From NCBI RefSeq assembly GCF_009914755.1, contig NC_060927.1: a stretch of DNA of 64,000 bases; one strand, 5' to 3'. The notes under the pieces are model-generated. The model ran no database searches. It saw only the letters and a program-made list of their open reading frames with translations, and was not told where the DNA came from. The translations under genes and the position numbers were made by a program. Origin of the DNA: the human T2T-CHM13v2.0 reference genome, Homo sapiens. Every line of letters starts with the position of its first letter. The stretch's first letter is position 1. Positions 1-14,584 of this stretch are shown piece after piece.

Positions 1-2
1 GA

Positions 3-386
<384 letters not shown>

Positions 387-579
387 TGAATGGTACTGCC
401 AACCTAGGCTTCCTGGGAAGATTTCCACCCACCTCGCCCTTTACTGGGCTCTGGAGAGATTTTTCTAGAACACACATATCTACATCTCTCTGCTGCTCTC
501 TATTGATAATGTGAAAATGGCCAGGCATCTACCCTAGTCCCTTATTGTTGGGCCTCTGTTTCTCTTAGGAAGAAGATAT

Positions 580-613
580 GGCCCTAATACTTAAGGCCCT
601 AATACTTAAGGCC
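580..613 (+). repeat. 15-bp tandem duplication (ggccctaatacttaa x2)
   Basis: Exact repeat at 580-594 and 595-609; single diverged copy in NUDT16 intron 2 (~20458). Confidence 0.9.
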
Positions 614-636
614 AGGGAGACAGATTGTATATGGAG

Positions 637-863
637 GTAGTTCTCAAATTTTGTCAAGTATCAGAATCATCTCTGAGGCTTATAAAAACAAAAATGACTA
701 GATTCTACTCCCAGAACGCTGGTTGTGGGTGAGAAAGCCCCAGCTTCCACCACTCCCAAGTTCTGGGAGGGCAGGGGTTCAGAAATCTGAGATTGCTTTT
801 TTCAAAAGTTCCCAAGTGATGCTGATAACGCTGGTCTAGGTTTCCCATTTTGAGAACCATTGT
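637..863. mobile_element. MER5A-like hAT-Charlie MITE in the pseudogene intron
   Basis: Termini tagttctcaaa...tttgagaaccattg and internal tcagaatca motif; paralogous copy at 20503-20687. Confidence 0.7.
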
Positions 864-1076
864 TGCAGGGCTAAGCATGAATTTTGGCGTTAGGAGCCAC
901 TAGAGGTGTAGGGGACAGAAGTCATAAGGATTAACATTGATGGAGCTGGATAGCATGTCTTGGGTCATTTGTCTGCAGAGGGTTGAGCCCACTGGGCCTC
1001 CTTTAGATAGGAGCCTTGGGCTTGTTTCTGCTGGAGTATTAAGAGTTGTGGCATCTGCTCTAGAAAGATCTGCTAA

Positions 1077-1352
<276 letters not shown>

Positions 1353-2099
1353 TGAGGACTTTGGTACAAGGAAGGGAATGTTTTCTCTTCCGGACCTAAA
1401 GACGATACCAAATTAAAAGAAGACATGTATATCATATGTTTTGAGCAGAGGACCCTCCAATTCATGGGATCAGGGGCAAAAATCCACAGCTCATCCCAGG
1501 GGCCCTGGCAGGTTCTCAGAGCCTACCTCTTCCTTGTATATTTGCATACAGCCTGGTAACCCCCAGGCATGCATATGTACAATGTGACCACACACAGCCT
1601 GACATCTTTCACCTGTCAAGTCCAATTTAACCAGGAATTGGCATTTGTTACCATACCCTGCCTCTTGCTTTGCAGAGAGCTTCTACAGCAAGGCTGAGTC
1701 CTTCCCACAGTCCTCCATGCCTGCTCTTTAGGGTCTACCCCAGCCCATGTTTTTTGGGAAGGATAGAGAAGCAGAGGACCCTCTTTGCTTTCCTGAAAGT
1801 AGCCATGCCCTTGCTGGAGGGTTCACCACAGCAATTGGTGGGAAAGGGTCTTAACCAATCTCCAACACTTTTCTTCTCCTGAAACTGAGAAGGGGTAAGG
1901 AAGTAGCTAGGTCCCCTTGGACGGAGCATGGACATGAGACCTGTGAGTACTGGTGTCTCTCCTTCAGAGCTTTCATCTTTGGTTCGCTGTAGACTCTGGG
2001 ACTATCAGAAGAGAACTGACCCATACCTGTCTAGCCCTGCCCTTCCAAAAAAAGAGCCTCCCATTAAAGAGGAGTTAGAGCTGGGCCTTGAGGCTCTTC

Positions 2100-2170
2100 A
2101 CTTCTTTCAACAGATATTTAATATGTACCTACTAAATGCCAGGTACTATAAAAGGTATAGAGAGCCATCC
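2100..2170 (-). mobile_element. L2 3'-end fragment
   Basis: ttcaacagatatttaatatgtacctactaaatgccagg resembles the reverse-complemented L2 tail. Confidence 0.55.
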
Positions 2171-2186
2171 TTGCTCTCCAAGACTC

Positions 2187-2258
2187 CAGGGAAGGGATGG
2201 GCAAACATTTTCTTAAAAGCCAGATAGCAAATACTTTAAGCTTTGTAAACTACATAGT
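2187..2258. mobile_element. MER58-like hAT fragment
   Basis: ggcaaacattttcttaaaagccagatagcaaatactttaagctttg resembles the MER58A terminus. Confidence 0.55.
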
Positions 2259-4042
2259 TTTTTAAAAAATATTTTCTAACATTGACTAATAAAAATTGCC
2301 TATGTTTACTGTGTACAAAATGATGCTTTCAAATATGTATACATTGTGGCGTGGCTAAATTGAGCTAATTAACATATGCATTACCTCACATATTTATCAT
2401 CTTTCATGGTAAGAACACAAAATTTACTCTTAGCAATTTTCACAAATTAATGCAGTTTATTAACTATAGTCACCATTTGTGCAACAGATCTTTTGAACTT
2501 ATTTCTCCTAACTGAAGTTTTATATTCTTCGATCAATATCTTCTCAATTACTGTTCCCTACCCCCAACCCCTAGTAACCATTATTTTACTCTCTGTTTCT
2601 ATGTGTTTAACTTTTTTAGATGCCATATATAAGTGAAATCATGTGGTATTTTCACCTGGCTTATTTCATTTAACATGTCATCTAGGTTAATCCATGTTGT
2701 CACAAATGACAGAATTTTCTTCTATTTTAAGGCCAAATAGTATTCCATTGTGTATATATACCACATTTTCTTTATCTGTTTATCTGTTGATGGACACTTA
2801 GGTTGATTCCACATCTTGGCTATTGTGAATAGTGTTGCAGTGAACATGGGAGTGCAGCTATCTCTCCAGATCCTAATTTCAATTACTTTGAATAAATACC
2901 CTGTAATGGGATTCCTGGACCATATAGTAGTTCTTTATTTTTAAATATCTCCATGCTGTTTTCCATGATGACCATACTAATGTACATTTCCACCAATATT
3001 GTGTAAGCATTCCCTTTTCATATTTTCTCTAATACTTACCTTTCATCTTTTTAATCATAGCCATTCTAACAGATATGGGGTGATATTCCATAGTGGTTTT
3101 GATTTTCATTTCCCTAATAATTAGTGATGTTGAGCATTTTTTCATACACCTATTTGCCTTTCTTTGAGAAATGTCTATTCAGGTCATCTGCCTCATTTTT
3201 AATTGGGTTATGTGTTTTCTTGCTATTGAGTTGTTCATGTTCCTTATATATTTTGGCTATTAACCTCTCATCAGTTGTGTGATTTGAAGTTATTTTTTCC
3301 CATTCTATAGATTGTCCCTTTACTGTGTTGACTGTTTCCTGTGCTGTGCAGAAAGTTTTAGTTTGACATAATCCCATTTGTCTATTCTTGTTGTTGTTGC
3401 CTGTGCTTTTGAAGTCTTATCCAAAAAAATCATTGTCCAGACCAATGTCATGGAGCTTTTCCCCTGTTTTCTGTAGCTTTACAGTTTCAGGTCTTGCATT
3501 TAAGTCTTTAATCTATTTTGAGTTTATTTTTTATATGGTATGAGATAAGGTTCTAATTTTATTCTTCTGCACAGAAATATGCAGTTGTCCCAACACCATT
3601 TATTGAAGGGATTATCTTTTCCTCATTGTGTATTCTTACCCTCTGTGGAAAATCAATTGACCATAAATGTGTGGATTTATTTCCAAGATCTCTATTCTGT
3701 TCCATTGGTCTGTGTGTCTGTTTTTATGACAGTACCATGCCGTTTTGGTTACTATAGCTTTATGATATATTGTGAAGTCAAGCAATGTGATACCTCTAGC
3801 TTTGTTGTTTTGGTTAAGATTTTTTGGCTAGTCAAGGTTTTTTTGTAGTTTCATATGAATCTTTGAATTGCTTTTCTATTTCTTTGAAAAAAGTCATTGG
3901 AATTTTGATAGGGATTGCATTGAATCTGCAGATTGCTTTGAGTAATATGGACATTTTAACAACATAAATTCTTCCAGTTCATTAACAAGGGATTTGTTTT
4001 CATTTATTTGTTGGGCCATTTATTTGTGTCTTCTTCAATTCC

Positions 4043-4440
<398 letters not shown>

Positions 4441-5316
4441 TGAGTATGATGTCAGCTGTGTGTGGGTCATATATGGCCTTTATTATGCTGAGGTACATTT
4501 CTTCTATACCTAATGTGTTGAGAGTTTTTATCATGAAAGGATGTTAAATTTTATCAGATGTATCTATTGGGATGATTACATGTTTTTTATCCATTCTGTT
4601 AATAGGATGAATCACATTGATTTGCATTTGTTGACAAGGTCTATCCTTGCATCCCAGGAATAAATCCCATTTGATCAGGGTGACTGATCCTTTTCGTGTG
4701 CTGTTGAATTCAGTTTGCTAGCATTTTTTGTTTGAGATTTTTGCATCTGTGTTCATCAGGCATATTGACCTATAGTTTCCTTTTCCTGTAGTGTCTTTGG
4801 CTTTAGCATCAGGGTAATGCTGGCCTCATAAAATGAATTTGGAAGTATTTACTCTTCTTCAGTTTTTTGAAGAATTTGAGAGGAATTGTTCTTTAAATTT
4901 TTGGTAGAATTCAGCAATGAAACCATCAGGTCCTAGGCTTTTCTTTTATGGGAAAGCATTTCTTATTAATGCATCTACGTGTTATTGGTCTGATTAGATT
5001 TTATTTTTCTTCATGATTCCGTATTGGTAGAATTATGTGTGTCTAGGAATTTATCTGTTTCTTCTAGGTTATTCAATTTGTTGGCATATACTTGTTTACA
5101 GTAGCCTCTGGTGGTCTTTTGCATTTCTGTAGTATCAGTTCTGATGTTTCCTCTTTATTTTATTTGAATCATCTCTTTTTTCTTAGTCTTGATAAAGGTT
5201 TGTGAATTTTGTTTATCTTTTCAAAAAGCCAACTTCTTAGTCTCATTGACCTATTGTTTTTCTAGTCTCTATTTCATTCATTTCTACTCTGATCTTTATT
5301 ATTTTCTTTTTCTAAC

Positions 5317-5366
5317 TTTAGGCTTAGTTTGTTCTTTAGGCTTAGTTTGTTCTTAGTTTGTTCTAG
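5317..5366 (+). repeat. Short tandem repeat (ttaggcttagtttgttct) x2 plus partial copies
   Basis: Seen directly, inside the L1. Confidence 0.85.
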
Positions 5367-6129
5367 TTCCTTGAGGTGTACTCTTAGGTTATTTATTTAG
5401 GTCATTTTTCTTTTCAATGTTAGTGTTTAATCCCATAAACTTCCCTCTTAGACCTGATTTTGCTGCATCACATAGGTTTTGGTATGTTGTGTCCCCATTT
5501 TTATTTATCTTAAGGTAATTTTTAATTTCCCTTTTAATATCTTCTTTGACCCATTGATTGTTCAGGAGCATGTTGTTTCATTTCCATGTATTTGTGAATT
5601 TTCTGAAATTCCTCCTGTTATTGATTTCCAGTTTTATGCCATTGTGGTTGGAAAATATACTTGATATGATTTTAATATCACTAAATTTGTTAAGTCTGAT
5701 GTTTTATTTACTTTTTTTCTGTATGATTTGTCCATTGCTGAAAGTGGGGTATTAAAGTCTTCTACTATTATTGTATTACAGTCTGTCTCTCTCTTGAGAT
5801 TTATTCATATTTGCTTTATATATTTAGGTGCTCTGATGTTGGGTGCATACGTATTTATAATTGTTATATCCTTTTAATGAATTGACCTCTTTCTGGTTAT
5901 ATAAAGATCTTCTTTTGTCTCTTTTCAGTTTTTGACTTTAAGTCTATTTGAAGTAATTATATCTACATATAGATATGTAGATTTCCCTTAATCTCTTTTA
6001 GTTTCCACTTGCATGGAATATTTTTTTAGACTCCATTTCTTGATGGGGGCGATGAGGAATAGGGCAGAGGACTAGCAAATAACTGGTAGTCAACTTTAAC
6101 CTACTAAAGTATGGTCTATAAATGGAAAA

Positions 6130-8120
6130 GGCCATGTGGGCACACCAGAGTAAGAGGAGATCAAGGTGGAGATGTAGGTGGGAGTCTGATGAGATAGGAC
6201 CTCACAGGCCATGTGAGGGGCTTGGAGTATGCTTTGGGGAAGTCACTCCTGATGTTGTGTGGAACACGGACTGGAAGGGCTAGTAGAGGAAGGAGGAGAC
6301 AGAGGGAGCTGCCACATAGCTACATGGCAGATGGTGGTGATCTGGAGCAGGGAGGGGCAGTGGAGATGGGCAGAAAGGATGTGATTGCGTGAGATATTGG
6401 TGGTGGCATTGACAAGACCTACTGATGGACTGGTTGTGGGAGGAAGGGAGTAAGGAAGAAAGAAGATTCAAAGATGACTTTTATGTTTGTGTCTTAAGGC
6501 GTTGATATTGAGGATGTAGGGAAAGCCTGGTGGGTGGGGGAATAAGCTTTTGAAAGAGACAGGATCAAGGAAGACATTCTGGGCAGGTTAAGACAAATTT
6601 GTGATTTGTCTGCATAAAGGTGATAGAAAAACTTAGACTGGGTGAGGTGATCCATAAAGAGAGAAAAAGAGTGCTCAGGACAAGGCCCTGAGGAAGCCCA
6701 ACCCCCAGAGTTTGGGCAGAGGGACAGGGCATGTAAAAGGAGAAGAGGAGGAGAGAAAGCTGCTTTTAGAAAGTAGACTATGCAGAGTGCTTGTGAGGGT
6801 TTAGGTAGAACGGAGGCAGAACTGTACACTGAATTCAGTAATATGAGGGTTTGATGACCGTGATGGCAACAATTTCAAAAAGGGTGGCATAGAGGACAGA
6901 CTCAATTGGTTGAGTGAATGGAAAATGAGGGAGCAGAAGGTAGGACAAGCTGGCCCTAAAGGGGCTTAGGGTGATCACTAGAGAGGGCTGTCGGGTCAGG
7001 GAGTGTTTAAGGTGGGAGACAGGGCATGTGGATGTTGATGGCAACAGTTAAGATGGCAAGAGGAAACAGATGGGAGGGTGATCAGGAGGAGGACCCCTGA
7101 AGAGGCATCGTCCATGAGAAAAAAGGAGGGATGGGACCTTTGTAGGAGGAGGGACAGGCCTGCAGCGTAACAGGGCTCAAGGAAAACAGGAATGAGGCAC
7201 GCATAGAGGATTATGATGGCTAAATTGATGGGAAGATGATAGAATTTGAATCTCTTCTTGGTGAAATGAAGTGAGACTATCAGCTAGCTGTGGGTGGAGC
7301 ATGTTCTCAGAAGGTATGAAGTAAACATTCACTTTGGTGTGAAAAAGCAAGTTAAGGAAACAGCAGAAGGGCAGAGCAAGGCTGAGCTCTGAGATGCTCA
7401 GTTTAGAGTAGGATGCTGGGCACTCAGGTGTGTGTGTGTTGAGTGGGGATCTGCATGCACCTGTCTTCCCCCAATTAGGATTCAGGATCTGGGATGGAGA
7501 TGCTTACTGCAGTGTTGGGGTTTTGCCAGGGGAGTATAGGAGGTGAGAGAAAGATGGGGCAGTTCAGATGACATGCACAGGAGAAACTGTAGTGATGAAA
7601 TGTGTGGTCTGAGGATTAATCTGACCAAGATGGAAATTGAAAACTGGAGGTGACTAGGGAGGGATTAGGAAATTAGAGGTCTTGACGAGGTAGAAACTCC
7701 AGCATGGTGAGGGGCTGGGTGGGGAGGTGTATTTGAGCCAGACAGGAGTGCTTTGGAAATTGAGAGGTGGAGCAATCTCAGGAAAAGGCAGTCAAGGGTA
7801 TGACCTGGAGTTGCTGGCCAGAGCCAGAGGAAGAGGCTTAAGAGGTGAGATCTGGGGTTAGCCAGACTAGAGGGCAGATGTTGGGGAGGATAGTGTGACC
7901 TAGAAGCCAGTGTCCTTGGTGAACCACAAGGCCAGTGGCACCTGCCAGAGGGGAAAACAAGCATGACAGGATAGTGCCTTCCAGGCAAGGGCCTTTTGAG
8001 GAAGGGAGGGTAAGCAGTGGTCTGGAAACTAAATGCAGAGCAATGTGGTTCCCACTGGCAGCCCTTGGTCTTGGGAAAATGGGAGTGGCTGGTGGGGGAA
8101 CAGCTGTACAGATTAGGTAG
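6130..8120 (-). mobile_element. Long degenerate L2 remnant
   Basis: Purine-rich plus strand with L2-like motifs (gatggactggttgtgggagg...aaagatgact; aagggtatgacc); its distal part is duplicated at 21899-23450. Confidence 0.6.
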
Positions 8121-11100
8121 ATAGATAGACTCCTGGTGGGGTAAATTACCTTCTTCTCCTTAATGTCACCATGACCCCTTTGTCAAACGTTATCTAGATT
8201 AAACCTCAGTATAGGCAGGCTGCAGGAAATGGACATTCCAGTGGCTCCCGGGGTCCCAGCCTGCAGCAGCTTCATCTGTGCTTTGTGCACTTGGCTCTCA
8301 GTTATCTCTGCAAGGGACCCTGAAGACTGGGAGATCAGAGTCACTCACCATTGATGACACTGCTAATAGATCCCTTGCCTGAGGATCCGGTCCTAGGCAA
8401 TTCTGGACCCAGAACTCATTCTGGATGTAATCCAGGTCAACGTTAATACCATTTGGAAGGTTCCTTTACAGCACTCAGTCTTACTCTGCTTGAGTATCCC
8501 AGTGATCAGTCCCTTTTATTAAATTTGTTTTTTATTTAGGTGTCTGGAGATGGCTGAGGAGCCCATGACTTTCCTGTATGATCCCTTGAACGTAACTTCC
8601 AAGTCAGTAGATTTCTTCTCAGGTAGCTTTCATAAAAGTGTTTAATTGTTGTCAGTTTTGAGTTCATCTCACCACCTAGACCTTACAGTCCCTGGGTAGG
8701 CAGGCAGTGGGCGATAGAAGCTCACACTCTATACTTCTCCTCTTACTCATTCCCACCCTGCTGAGGTTTAAGGAAAGCCAAGGATCAGGACCCACTTAAG
8801 CTTTCCTTGGCCTTGTTAAGTCCAATCATCTGGGGCGGGAAGAAGAGAAATGCTCATTGCAATCTTTGACCCCCACTAACTGCTGTGGTGACTTTGAGCC
8901 AAGCCCTTGACCTCCATTTCCTTATCTGCAATGTTGCTGTGATTCGTGTGGTGAGGTTAGAGAGGCAGCACTTGGGATAAGCTTGAAGAGATGCATCCAG
9001 CCATATGAAAGTACAGGATGCCGTGTGTGCTTCCTGCTTCATAGCACGTTTTGTTTCTTGGAAGGTGAGTGGCCCGGCTGCCTCCCCGCAAACACATATT
9101 TCTGCCTTTCTCATTGTAATTAGCAAGATGTTCCCACTTCTCAGCATTGCACTTTTCCCTTGAGTCTGCTAGCTGCTGGTGCAGAATAAACACTTTGGCC
9201 CCACACTGTCCTGAGACAAAGTCACCCAGCATATGGCAAAGCTGCTACTTCTCGGCTGGAACATTTGAGGCAACAGTGACTTCCTCCTTCCCCAGTTACC
9301 TGGACGCTCAGAGCCGGCCAGTGAAACATACAAAGGGAGGGGAAGAGAAGAGGGAAGCCATGTTTCAGTTTCAGTTTATTTCACAGAAATGTTTTGAAAT
9401 CCTTTATCTCTAATGGAAGCACAAACGGGTGTGGGGGAGTCAAAAATGGGGGAAAAATTTAGTCTGTAAGCAAATCATTGGATGGCATCAGAATTTGAGC
9501 CAGGGTAAAAATGCTGGACCTTGGCCCTTATCAGACAGAGAAGTGCAGAAGAACTCAGGTTGGGGGATTCTATTTAAAACATGTTCAGTTCTGAGGAAGA
9601 GGAGTATGGGCAGGGCAGAGGAAAAATGTAAAATGGGAAACTCCCTCATGGACTTAAGGCCCCAGCAGAGAGAAACCATGTGCTTTCTCCCTGCTTCCCC
9701 GCTTCCCTTCTGACTTGGGCAAATGAGGCAGTTCATGCTCCCCTTAGGGCTGGAGGCAGTCTGCAGGGGCCAGCTGGGCAGAGAAGAAGTCTTCTCACAG
9801 GCAGCACTCACACTCCAAAAGCAAGAATAGCAGTGGGACTTTGGGAAGGACACGAAACAGGAAAAGGAAGCTCCACACCAACAGCTCCCTGATGAAGGGA
9901 GTCTGTGTGCCTAGGCTTTTCACGAAAGTGCTGCTATCCTGATTTAAATCTGAGCTGCACCCCTGTCTCCCCACCTAGGAACTCACCATGGGCATTCTCA
10001 GCTGTGGCAGAGGATACCCTCCTTTCATTCAGGATAACAACCCCTGGGTGGGGTTTTCAACAAGTATAAAAAGCTCCTGGATAAACAAATCCCAAACAGG
10101 ACTCTCACCCACAGTCCCAGTCCTCTCACCTTCTTCAGGTATCTGAAAAACGGAACCAATGGGTTTACAACATCCTGTTATCCAGCATCCTGTTATTACA
10201 ACATCCTGTAATTCCAGGCTGTGGATGTAGGGAAAAGCCAGGTAAACAGGGAGGGGAGAACAGGTGAATGACCCCAATGGTTTGAGAGCAAAAGAGCAGA
10301 ATAATTGCCTCTGATTAAGTAAACAGCAAGTAATATTAATAGGTCTGTTCCAGAAATACTACAAAATGGAAGAGTATGTGAGCACCCGATGCACGTGATA
10401 AAGACCATGCTCTGGAAGATCCATTCCAAGGAGTAGAAGCGGTATTTGCTCAGGGCATTTAAGGAGAGCACAGACTCTGGAATGAGGTGAAAGAAAAGAT
10501 AGGACATGCAGGAACAGCTGGCAACACCAAGAAAGGATTTAAGGAGAGGGATCTCTCTGTTAGAGAACTTAACGTTACCCTAGAAACAGCAAGAGCATCA
10601 TCAGCCCCAGGAAAATCTACCTCTGATGTGGGGACCAGGCTTAAGAAAATCCCCTAGAATCCAGAGAAAAAGTGCAAAACAAGGAAAATGGCTAAAGAAA
10701 ATATCGTAGATATAGAGATCAGACAATGAGAATCCAGAGTCTTGTTAAGTGATGGAAGAAAAATATTAACAGAACACATGTAACACGAACAACATTTTAG
10801 AGGAAACAAGAAGAAAAGTTTCCTAAACTCAAAAGATACTACACCAGAAGTGGGCAGTACTCACTATGTTCAGGGGAACAAAAAGATAAAAACTAAAAAA
10901 CAACTTCAGAATGTTTTTCATTGAAAAACATTTGTAAGGTAGGAGAATTAGGCCACTTACTACAGCACAAACTGCATGTCTATCTAAATTGATGTGCAAA
11001 AGCATGGGTATGCTTGGATTTACTGGAAAACCATACAGGTGTTTTTCAGGAATGCACAAAATGAATCAAAGTAACTAACTGATCAGGAAAATTGTGTAAG

Positions 11101-11671
11101 AAATCTGTGAGCTGGTTGTGAGGCAGCGGGTCCTATTATGTACAAATTTAATGCTAAGTTACTGTGTTATGGCTATCAATATGTTACCAATACATGGAAA
11201 TGTATGTAATATAAAAAATAATTTGATTAACATGATAGCCCCACAATTCTAGGTCATTCCATGAAAATTAGATAATAGGGAGTATGGGGAAGAAGAATAA
11301 AAATGTGCTAATTATGCTGAGGGGATGAGTAGCATGATTTAGTTTTTGAAGACGATAAGAGTCTTTGTGAAATTTTACTACTTTAAGGGACATATCAAAG
11401 CAATAGATTCTGCTGAATATGAAAGAATGGGAAAGAATGTCAGGGAATTACAGTCAAAGGTAAGAAATCATCATAATATTAATATCAAAATTGAATGTCA
11501 AATGCATTAGAATTCTTTAATTGACTAGAAGATTATCTACAATGATCATATAATTACCACCAACTTCAGATTATATATAGCATGATCTGCAAATGTAGGA
11601 TGAAATTAATAAAATAGATTGAGGAGTGCAAACACACTTCCTTTGGTGTTTGACAGATAAAATGTCAGCTT

Positions 11672-11967
<296 letters not shown>

Positions 11968-12034
11968 AAAATGTCAGCTTCTAAGTATGCATATCTGGAT
12001 CTAAAGAGAATAAAAATGACGATGATGATGAAAA

Positions 12035-12160
12035 CAATTAACATTTGGGGGATATTTACTGTGTGGCAGGCACTATTATAAGTTATTTTCATGTATTAAC
12101 ATATTTAGTCCTTAGGACAACCTTATGATATAGGGATACTATTATCTCTATACTCCAAAT
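12035..12160 (-). mobile_element. MIR fragment (paralog at ~27085-27215)
   Basis: tactgtgtggcaggcactatt...catgtattaacatatttagtcc MIR core-like. Confidence 0.6.
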
Positions 12161-13433
12161 AGACCCAGCACAAAGGCCAAAAATGTAATTGATATACTTT
12201 GCCTAACAGATAAATATTGCACTCTGGAACTTCAGAGAATATATCTTTACGGGCTCAGGAAGCATTTACCAAATTAGCCATATATTGGACCTTATCAAAC
12301 CTCAGCAAATCTTCTCGAATCTTCTAGTCCCTCTCAGAAATCATAGATCACATTGTTCTAGACTACCTCATTTAGTAAAACTAGAAATATGTGACAGGGA
12401 TAGAAACTCTGAAATGGTCTTCTTTATGTGTTTTCTTATTGTTTGAATCTTATACAATATGTATGTATTCTATGGTCATAAAACAACAGTTAAAAAGTAA
12501 AAAATTTTTTCCTTATATGTATACAGAAAGTAGCCCTAATAAATCAAAAAGCAAAACAAAAAAGGATTCATGGGTGGGCAAGGATCCATCCCAGGAAGAA
12601 TACTGGGGTAATTTGTGGAGTTGAGGAAAGATCTCTTCTCCAGCCTGAAATGAACAAAATCAGAGCAGAGCCTGCCTGCCTGAGTCTGAGCCATGTGCTC
12701 ACATGGATTGCCCTGTGCTGATTGGAATATGTGGTCTGACTGGTCAGGCCTGGATCCTCTGCCCTCATTGTGGCTAGGGGAGTGGAGAGCTGTGGTTGGC
12801 AATCCCACCAGATCAAGATTTGGGGAAGCAGCAGTTCTCTAAGGGAGGAGGCAGTATATAGCACAAACACCTGATGTCCGCCGCAGGGGGAAAAACAAGG
12901 CCAGGTATTCTACCTACCTACCCTTTTGTTCCAATAGGCATGCGTGATTCCTTAATTCTTTGGTGTATGAACTACAGGTCTACTATCTTCAACCATAATA
13001 CTTGCTCCATGGTACTATGCAGTCTCCACAAGGATCATAATATTCCATTGAGATGTGTCACCTGCATTTCAATCACCTCCTCTTTAGTTTCTTACCCTCC
13101 AAACCAACCAGAGCTAAGAAAGCCATTTTGATCTCAGGCTACTGGCGCTGCATTTCCCACTCTTCTTTCCCCTTGTTACTACCCATCACCCTCCCACCGC
13201 TCCACCCCTCCACGTTTTACCTCATTAACTTTGAGTCTGTCTCAGTTTTAGTGTCATTTCCTAAGGGAAGCATTCTTTATACTTTGACCTTCCAGACCAG
13301 ATTAATTTCACCCATGTACCTTTTCTTCAAGTCACTCATTGCCATTTCAAATCATTCATTTGTATGTGACTTTTTGATTAGTATTTTTGTCCTCATATAC
13401 TCATCAATGTTCTTGGATAGAAACAATAGAAAT

Positions 13434-13757
<324 letters not shown>

Positions 13758-14584
13758 TTATGGTATATTTATGACAAAATTTAATTTATTGGAAAGGTAT
13801 TAGGAAGCTCACAGTTTTAATGGGAAGCTGGAGAACAAGGATGAGGCAGGGATGAGGGTTGGTGAGGCACAGCCAGCATCTCGCTAGGGATAGTGGGCTT
13901 AGGATGCTGCCACCCGAGCCTTCTAAACTGGATACTTACCATTGTGCTACTGGAACCAACACCACTGGCACTCATTACTGGCCTACTGAACCCTTAACTC
14001 TGATCATATACCTTGTGTCACTTCTCCAAAATCAACATCCTGAGCAGGAGCATCTCACTGGCTGTGCTTTGGTTATAAGCCTCCTTTCAGTTACCCAAGG
14101 GCCAGAGAGGGAATATCTGCCCACTGTTACTTTCATAGCAGAAGAGGGGCTTTGCTTATTAGCATTCTTTTCAATGGCCCAGAATTGGAAACAACCAAAA
14201 TGTCTCTCAATAGGTGAATTTCCCTGACAAGAAGTCTTTTGTGATAAGCCCCAAATGGCTCTAGCTGGTTGCTCTCTGCTGGTGGAACCTCCTTCCCCTT
14301 CTCCCATAGTATATTTGTCTAAATCAGTGGTTCTCAACCTTAGCTCTGCATTCAAAGCATCTGGAAAATCTGATGGGGATTAAGTGGACTGGTTTAAAAT
14401 TACCTGGCAGATGGTAGATGGTGGTTTGTAGTCTTCTTCCTGCTTAAAAAGTAAGACCAGACCCTTACCTCTCTCTCCCTCTCCTTGACCAAAGGGATTC
14501 TGTGAAAGAATTTTGTGAAATGCAAAGTTTTATTCAAGTGTAAATGACAACTTTTACCTTTACTTCATGAGATGCCAAAGATCT

